Shown one piece after another: positions 11,201 to 20,200 of a DNA stretch of 64,000 nt. Source of the stretch: Mobula hypostoma (Eukaryota); assembly GCF_963921235.1 (NCBI RefSeq), contig NC_086107.1, positions 115,942,001 to 116,006,000 of the forward strand, in the 5' to 3' direction. The notes under the pieces were generated by a model. The model was not told the DNA's origin. It did not search any database and was given only the letters and a program-made list of their open reading frames with translations. A program made the position numbers and the translations under genes. Each line of letters begins with the position of its first letter. The first letter of the stretch is position 1.

Positions 11201-14200
11201 AACAGAGGCAGAAAGAGTTCACTGAGTGTGTGATGGGACGGTGTGGAGGGAGATTCACTGAGGCTGACCCCGGGAGTGTGTGATGGGACGGTGTGGAGGG
11301 AGTTTCACTCTGTGTCTGACCCCGGGAGTGTGTGATGGGACGGTGTGGAGGGAGATTCACTCTGTGTCTGACCCCGGGAGTGTGTGATGGGACGGTGTGG
11401 AGGGAGATTCACTCTGTGTCTGACCCCGGGAGTGTGTGATGGGACGGTGTGGAGGGAGATTCACCCTGTGTCTGACCCCGGGAGTGTGTGATGGGACGGT
11501 GTGGAGGGAGATTCACTCTGTGTCTGACCCCGGGAGTGTGTGATGGGACGGTGTGGAGGGAGATTCACTCTGTGTCTGACCCCGGGAGTGTGTGATGGGA
11601 CGGTGTGGAGGGAGATTCACTCTGTGTCTGACCCCAGGAGTGTGTGATGGGACGGTCTGGAGGGAGATTCACTGTGTCTGACCCCAGGAGTGTGTGATGG
11701 GACGGTCTGGAGGGAGCTTCACTCTGTGTCTAACTCCAGGAGTGTGCGATGGGACGGTGTGGAGGGAGCTTCATTGTGTGTCTGACCCCGGGAATGTGTG
11801 ATGGGACGGTGTGGAGGGAGATTCACTCTGTGTCTGACCCCGGGAGTGTGTGATGGGACGGTGCGGAGGGAGTTTCACTCTGTGTCTGACCCCGGGAGTG
11901 TGTGATGGGACGGTGTGGAGGGAGATTCACTGTGTCTGACCCCGGGAGTGTGTGATGGGACGGTGTGGAGGGAGTTTCACTCTGTGTCTGACCCCGGGAG
12001 TGTGTGATGGGACGGTGCGGAGGGAGTTTCACTCTGTGTCTGACCCCGGGAGTGTGTGATGGGACGGTGTGGAGGGAGATTCACTGTGTCTGACCCCGGG
12101 AGTGTGTGATGGGACGGTGTGGAGGGAGATTCACTGTGTCTGACCCCGGGAATGTGTGATGGGACGGTGTGGAGGGAGTTTCACTCTGTGTCTGACCCCG
12201 GGAGTGTGTGATGGGACGGTGCGGAGGGAGTTTCACTCTGTGTCTGACCCCGGGAGTGTGTGATGGGACGGTGTGGAGGGAGATTCACTGTGTCTGACCC
12301 CGGGAGTGTGTGATGGGACGGTGTGGAGGGAGATTCACTGTGTCTTACCCTGGGTGTGTGGTGGGTTGGTCTGGATGGAGATTCTAGGACTTACCTTCAT
12401 GCAGGAAGCGAGGTTGGGGTTGTAGTCGTACAGAGAAGCCACGATGTTGAACTTGATCTTCAAAATGATGCCATCACCAAGCTCATGTGCGGTGGCGATG
12501 GTACACAATTCTGTCAGCATCTCAATCTGGGCAGCCCTGCAGGGAAAGTCATGGGGAAGGGCAGGGAGGGGGGGGAGGGAGAGCGGGCGATGGGGGGAGA
12601 GGGAGAGCGGGCGATGGGGGGAGAGGGAGAGCGGGCGATGGGGGGAGAGGGAGAGCGGGCGATGGGGGGAGAGGGAGAGCGGGCGATGGGGGGAGAGGGA
12701 GAGCGGGCGATGGGGGGAGAGGGAGAGCGGGCGATGGGGGGAGAGAGAGAGCGGGCGATGGGGGGAGAGAGAGAGCGGGCGATGGGGGAGGAGAGGTAGG
12801 CGATGGGGGGAGAGGAGAGTGGGTGGAGGGAGCAGGACGGCAATAAGAACGTTCACCAGTCAAGTGCAGCTCCTAATCACCCAGGAACTCGATCGGCAGC
12901 CATGGCTGCCTCCCTCCCTCCCTCCGTCCTCCAGTCCACTCGACAACACGCCCAATCCTGACCCCCTTTGCCCCTGAAAGACAAGGGAAAGTGCTCCCAC
13001 CGCTATCCATTGGCATTCTCCCCCGCATGATGAACCACCGTCTGCTCACCCTTGCTGAACACCCCACCATCCCCCCCCCATGCCATTCTGGAGACTCTTC
13101 ACCAGAACGGGGCCATGGCGGAGGGTGTGATTCACCGACACCCCCCCCCCCCCGCCAAACCCTCCAGGGGGACTGCAGGTCAGTATCATCCCCAATCAAC
13201 CATCACCATCTTGGGTTTCAGCAAATTCCGCAGGTCTCCACTGACCCTCACTAACTCAGTCCAGATGTACCAAAGCTTGGACCAGCAACTACTCTGCCCA
13301 AGACCGCAAGAAACTGCAGAGCTGAGAGCACAGTTCAAGCAACCCCCCCCCCCAAAAGTCAACACTTCCTACTGCCTTGTGAAAGCAGGCAGCATAATCA
13401 CAGACCCCACCCACCTCGGACCCCCACCCGCCCCCGGCGTTCCAACAGACCCCCGCCCGCCCCCGGCGTTCCCTCAGACCCCCGCCCGCCCCCGGCGTTC
13501 CCTCAGAGCCCTGCCCGCCCCCCCGGCATTCCCTCGGATCCCCACCCGCCCCCGGCGTTCTGACGGACCCCTGCCCGCCCCCGGCGATCCCATTGACGCC
13601 CGCCCCCGGGCGTTCCCTCTGACCCCCGCCTGCCCCCCCCCGGCGTTCCCTCGGACCCCCGCCCACCCTCGGTGCTTTAACTGGTTCCATCACCATGGCA
13701 ATCTGAACAGACAGGGAAGAAAAAGAGCAGAGTAGCGGACTCAGCCCAATAATCACAGGCACTTCCCTCCCCAACATCAGTTGTATCTATAAGACAGGCT
13801 GCCTCAAGAAGGCAATGTCTCCCATCAGAGATCTCCAGCATCGGGCCATGCCTTCCTCCCGCACCTCCCATCGGGCCGCGCCCTCTTCCCACAGCTCCCA
13901 TCGGGCGGGAGGTACAGAAGCCTGACGTCCCACACCACCAGGTTCAGGAACAGCGACTTCCCTTCAACCGTTCGGTTCTTGAACCAACAGCACAATCCAA
14001 GTCACTGTCCCCGAACGGAAACACCCTGACCACTTTGCACTCTAATAGAATTCCATCTCTGTTCCAACTGTGCTGTTTCTTGTAAAAACTTGGGTACAAC
14101 TGATGTTAAACTGATGCTTTGAAGCAGTGAGTGTTGAGTATCTGATGCTGTGTGCCTGTGACACAGCTGAAAGGACATTTCTCACTGCACAATGTCTCTC

Positions 14201-17200
14201 TCCCTCCATTGTCTGCACACCCACGTGTCCCTCCAACATTGTCTCTATCGTACCTGTTCCCACCACCACCCTCAGCAGCACGTTCCAGACACCCTCCACT
14301 CCGTGTCAAAAACCTGCCCCGCTTATCTCCTTTCAATTTACCCCCCTCAGCGTAAACACATCCCATTATCAGACGTTTCCACTGGGCTACAGATACTCTA
14401 TCAGCCTGTCCCTAAATGTCGATCACGTTTCCCTTCATCATTCGTTACTCCGGTTTGTCCCACCTCCCCACCGAGCTCCCACTGGTGAACCTCTCCAAAG
14501 CCCCCACACCCTTTCTGTAATGAGGCCAGCAGAATCCAATTCAATAGCCCTAGTGCGGTCTGACCAGAGTTTTACACGGCTGCAACGCAACTCCAAAACT
14601 CTTGTACACAAAAGCCCAACCAATTAAGGCAAGCGTGCCGTACGCCTTCTTTACCACCCCGTCCACTTGTGTGGTGACAAGGTGTCGTGTCAGAGGCTGC
14701 GCAGGGACTGAGGTGCCCTTACCTGTCAGTTCCCTTCTTCCCTCGGGCCTGGAGAATCTCGTTCAGCTTCTTCAGGACCACCGAGTGATTGATCTCAGTC
14801 CCCTTGGCAAACATCTTGGGCTTCTCCTGAACGCAGAACAATAACAGTAGACCCATGGCAGAGAGTGGGGACGCAGGGGAAGGGAGGGAACAGAGCATGC
14901 GAGGTGACCATTCAGGGGAGGGGGGCGAAAGCAGGGGGTTAAAGGAGGGGACAGGGTTGAGGAGGAGGCGGCGCAGTTTAGGTGGGGCAGGGGTGAGGGA
15001 GAAGGGGCGAGGAGAGGAACAGACATTTTGCTCATGTTTCAAGTCGTGCTCTCTGAAGAGAGAGAGGGCAGGGTGACTGGGGGAATGGGCGGGGGTTACG
15101 GGGAGAGAACAGGGAGGGACAGACTATGGGGATTTGAGCAGCAGAAAGCAGGGAGGGAAAGGGGAGAGGGTGGAGGTGACACGAGGGGGAACGAGGAGGT
15201 GGGGGGAGATGAGGAGGTCGGGGGGTGGGGCGAGGAGGTCGGTGGGGGACGAGGGGACACAGAGAGGGAAAGCGCGGGTGGGGAGGGGAGAAGCTGTGGT
15301 ACGTACCGACACCATGGGAGCCCCTCCTTTCACCGGTTTCCACTCGCCGCCCTCATCTCCCTCCTCCTCGCCCTCTTCTGCCTTCCTCTTGTCCTTGCGC
15401 TCCAGTCGTTTCTTCAGCTTGTCGTCCCGTTTCTTGTCGGCAGCCCTCTTCTCCTCCTCTGTCGGCTGCCTGCAGGGAGCATCGTTGGGGGAACATTGGC
15501 TCTTGTAACCAACCCCCCCCACAGCCCTCCCCCCCAGAAAGCCCCCTCCCCATCAGGTGAACTCCCTGATCGACCCTCCGCACCAGATCTGCCCCTCATC
15601 ACTCTGACCCCCCCCAACCTGCAACACCATCTGTCCCCCTCCACCATAACCCCCGCAATCTGCCCCTCCCCACCCTGTGACCCTGCCAAATCAGCCCCTC
15701 CCCACACTGAACCCCTCCCTCCAGCCCTTACTCACTTCTTGAGAAACTTGTGGGCGAGGGAGATGTATTTGCTGTCATCATCATCTGATTCAGAGTCCGA
15801 ATCATCGGAGGGGGACCCCCAATCTTCATCATCGTCGTCATCCTCATCTTCCTCATCATCCTGGGGGGGGGGAAGATGGGTTGGCGAAGAGTCAGTCTAA
15901 ACCTAACAAACCTGAGAACGCGAGGGGGAACGAAGGGGATCCGAAAGTTGTGTTGCAGCTTTGTAAAACTCTGATCAGGCCTCATCTGGAATATTACATT
16001 CAGGTCTGGGTGCCTCATTACAGGAAGGGTGTGGGGGCTTTGGAGAGGGTGTGGAGGTTTTGAAGAGGGCGCAGAAGAGGCTCACCAGGATGCTGCCTGG
16101 ATTAGAGGGTACCAGCTGTAAGGACAAACGCAGGTTGTTCTCTGGAAGGGTAGAGGCTGAGGGGAGATCTGATAGAGGTTTACAAGGTTACAAGAGGCAC
16201 AGATAAAGCAAACATCCAGTATCTTTATCTCCAGTGTGGAAATCTCCGATATCAGAGGGCTTGCACTTGAGGTGAGCGGGGGTAAGTTCGAAGGAGATGT
16301 GCAGAGCGAGTTGTTTGGTTTTACAGAGGGCGGTGGTTGCCTGATATGTGCTGCTGGAGGTGATGGTAGAGACAGATACGACAGTGACTGGGGTGTTTGA
16401 AGAAGCTGTTAGCCAGAGACATGGATGGACAGGGAATGGAGGGAGATGGACACTGTGTAGGCAGAAGGGATTTGGTGTCAATAGCAGTCGGTTCAGGACA
16501 ACATCATGTGCCAAAGGCCTGTTGCTGTATTCTAATGTTCAGTGTTTTAAGAGTAGGGACATCACGTTGGGGTCGTTCAAGATGTTAGTGAGGCCGCACT
16601 TGGAGTACTGTGTACAGTTTTAGTCACCCTGTGGAGAGAGTGCAGAGGAGATTTACGAGGATGTGGTCACAACTCGAGGGACAGGGTTATGGAGAGGAGT
16701 TGGGCAGGTTGGGAGTGTAAAAGGCTGAGGGCTGACCTCACAGAGCTGTATAAAACCACGAGAAGCACAGACGGGGTAAATTCTTCCTCAGGGCTGGGGA
16801 ATCAAGAACTGGAGGGCACAGGTTTAAGGTTACAGAGGAGAGATTTAATAGAGACCTGAGGGGCAACTTTTTCCACCCAGAAAGTGGTCTGTTCTGGGAA
16901 GGTACATTTACAACATTGAAAAGCCACTCGGGTAGATGGGGAGAAATGGTTGAGAGGGATACGGACCAAACACAAGTAAGTGGGACCGACTCGGATGGGA
17001 TCTGTGTTGGCACAGACCAGGCTCCATGTTGTGTGACTCTGACATTACCCCCGTTCTCAGAGGAATGCCGGGGGGGGGGCACAGAGGAGAGGGGGAAGGG
17101 GGCAACTGTCAGAAGGCATTCCGGAGATAAAATCCAAAGGTGAACTCTGACCTCCTGGGCCTTGGCCTTCTTGGGCTCTGGGACAGCCTCCATTTTCTTC

Positions 17201-20200
17201 TTCAGGAAGACGGCAGCTGTCATCTCATCTTCGTCCTCCTCTTCCTCTGAGGATTCTGTAGGGGTGGGAAGGAGATGAAGGGGAGGGAGAGGGAGAGGGA
17301 GAGATAAAGGAGGAAGGGGAATTGAATGTATGACTTTTCCAGTTTCACACCATAGTCGGGGCATGTTCGATATTGGGTGAAGGAGGTCAGGCCGCGGGGC
17401 AAGGGGCGGGCGGGGCACAGAGGCGGCAGGGGGGATGGGGAGGGGAGACCCCAGTGAGAGAAGGGAATGTGGGTGAGGGATATGGTGGGAGTGGGAAGGA
17501 GTTCTGACCTTCATCCTCCTCCGCTTCTTCCTCTTCCTCTGCAGACTTTTCCGGGTTCTAGAACGAGAAAGGAACATCAGAGATGGGGTGGAGGAGGATG
17601 TTCTCTCCTCTCTGAATACTAGCCATCCCCGCCCCATGGCAGAGATGCCCCACAGTGTGGGGCAGAGTTCTCCTCTTGTTAAACAGCACTGAGAGCCCTG
17701 TGCAGGGCTCTCCTCCCGTCAGACTGCACTGAGACCTGTCAGGCATTCGGGGTGCCCTGAGCGGGATTCCCCCCTACCTCTCTGTAGGCGATGAGCTCCT
17801 GTTCGAAGTCCCGGTTGTACTTCCGGATCTTCTGCCTCATGGTGGCCAAGGCCTTGGAGTTATTCTTGTTCATCTTCTTCCTGCCTTCCCGATCCTCCCA
17901 CACCTGTCAGAACCAGAATCAGGTTTATTATCACCCGCAGGTGTCCTGAAATTTGTAAACCTAGCAGCAGCAGTTCAATACAATACCTAACATAGACGAG
18001 AAAAAACACAAAATAAAGTAAACCAATTACAGTATACACATATTGAATAGATTAAAACTCCTGCAAAAACACAAATAATATACATACATATTTAAAAAGT
18101 GAAGTACTGTGCACGGGTTCAATGTCCATTCAGGAATCGGATGGCAGAGGGGAAGAAGCTGTTCCTGAATCACTGAGTGTGTGCCTTCAGGCTTCTGTAG
18201 CTCCTACCTTATGGTAACAGTGAGAAAAGGGCATGTCCTGGGTGCTGGAGGTCCTTAATAATGGACGCTGTCTTTCTGAGACACCGCTCCCTAAAGATGT
18301 CCAGGGTACTTTGTAGGCTGGTGCCCAAGATGGAGCTGACTAGATCTACAACCCTCTGCAGCTTCTTTCGGTCCTGTGCAGCAGCCCCTCCATACCAGAC
18401 AGTGATGCAGCCTGTCAGAATGCTCTCCACGGTACAGCTATAGAAGTTTTTGAGTGTATTTGTTGACATGCCAAATCGCTTCAAACTCCTAATGAAGTAT
18501 AGTCGCTGTCTTGCCTTCTTTATAACTTCATCGATATGTTGGGACCAGGTCAGATCCTCAGAGATCTTGTCACCCAGGAACTTGAAACTGCTCACTCTCT
18601 CCACTTCTGATCCCTCTGTGAGGATGGGTATGTGTTCCTCCGTCTTACCCTTCCTGAAGTCCACAATCAGCTCTTTCGACTTTCTGACGTTGAGTGCAGG
18701 GTTGTTTCTGTGACACCACTCCACTAGTTGGCATATCTCACTCCTCTACGCCCTCTCGTCACCACCTGAGATTCTACCAACAATGGTTGTATCATCAGCA
18801 AATGTATAGATGGTATTTGAGCTCAGCATAGCCACACAGTCATGGGTATAGAGAGAATAGAGCAGTGGGCTAAGCACACACCTCTGAGGCGCACCAGTGT
18901 TGATTGTCAGCAAGGAGGAGATATTATCACCAATCCACACAGATTGTGGTCTTCCGGCTATGAAGTCGAGGATCCAGTTGCAGAGGGAGGTACAGAGGCT
19001 CAGGTTCTGTAACATCTCAATCAGGATTGTGGGAATGATGGTATTAAATGCTGAGCTATAGTCGATGAACAGCATCCTGACGTAGGAGTTTGTGTTGTCC
19101 GGGTGGTCTAAGGCTGTGTGGAGAGCCATTGAGGTTGCGTCTGCCATTGACCTGTTGTAGTGATAGGCAAATTGCAATGAGTCCAGGTCCTTGCTGAGGC
19201 AGGAGTTCAGTCTAGTCATGACCAAACTCTCAAAGCATTTCATCACTGTACATGCTACACTGATTGGCCTAGTCTCAAATAATGAGGCAGCCTACAGAGA
19301 AGTCATCACCTTGACACAGTGGTGTCAAGAAAACAGCCTCTCCCTCAATGTCACAAAAACAAAGGAGCTGTGGACTACAGGAGGAATAGAGACAGGCTCA
19401 CCCCTATTGGCATCAATGGATCTGGGGTTCAGAGGGTGAACAGCTTTAAGTTCCTCGGCATAAACATCACCCAGGATCTCACTTTGAAATGAAAATATTT
19501 ATTTGTTTCCATTGAGAGCTCTGGCACCCGAGGAGGGCAACAAAAGGGAATGAGGGAAGAGTCAGGAGGTTGCAGAGGGCTGCGGCAGGTGCTTGAGGGG
19601 GAGGGGAGCAAGGGGGCCTCACCTCATTCACCATGTCCTCTAGATCGACCAGGATACGGATGTAGAACTTGGGAATGCCCTCCTTGTCTACGATGCTCTT
19701 GGACTTCAGGTAAGCTTTGCCCAGACTCTCAAACTCCTCCAGGCACTTGGCCATGTCCCGGATTTTCATTGCATTGCGGATGGTCTTGATGATGTTCATC
19801 AGCTCATCGAACCTTATGCATGGAGGGAGGGAGATGGACAGGTGAGATAGGGAGGCAAGAGGATGAGGAAGAGGGAGCAGGGAGAGAGGGGAGGAGAGGG
19901 AGGCAGGGGATGTGTAAAGAGGAAGGGATATGTAGAGTGGGGGAGAAGAGGGTGGCGGGGTAGGGAGAGGGTGGGGGGACTGGGAAGGTGTGGCGGAGGG
20001 AGGGGTGACAGAGGCAGGGAGAGGTTAGGAGGGGAGAGGGTGGGGGGACTGGGAAGGTGAGGAGGGGAGAGGGTGACAGAGGCAGGGAGAGGTGAGGAGG
20101 GGAGAGGGTGGGGGGGTAGGGAGAGGGTGGGGGGACTGGGAAGGTGTGACGGAGGGAGGGGTGACAGAGGCAGGGAGAGGTGAGGAGGGGAGAGGGTGGG

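Noticed and set aside
17907..19483. Twin-priming 5' inversion, or an active LINE
   Set aside because: The inverted piece duplicates a region already present and is diverged. The main copy is 5'-truncated with an in-frame stop.
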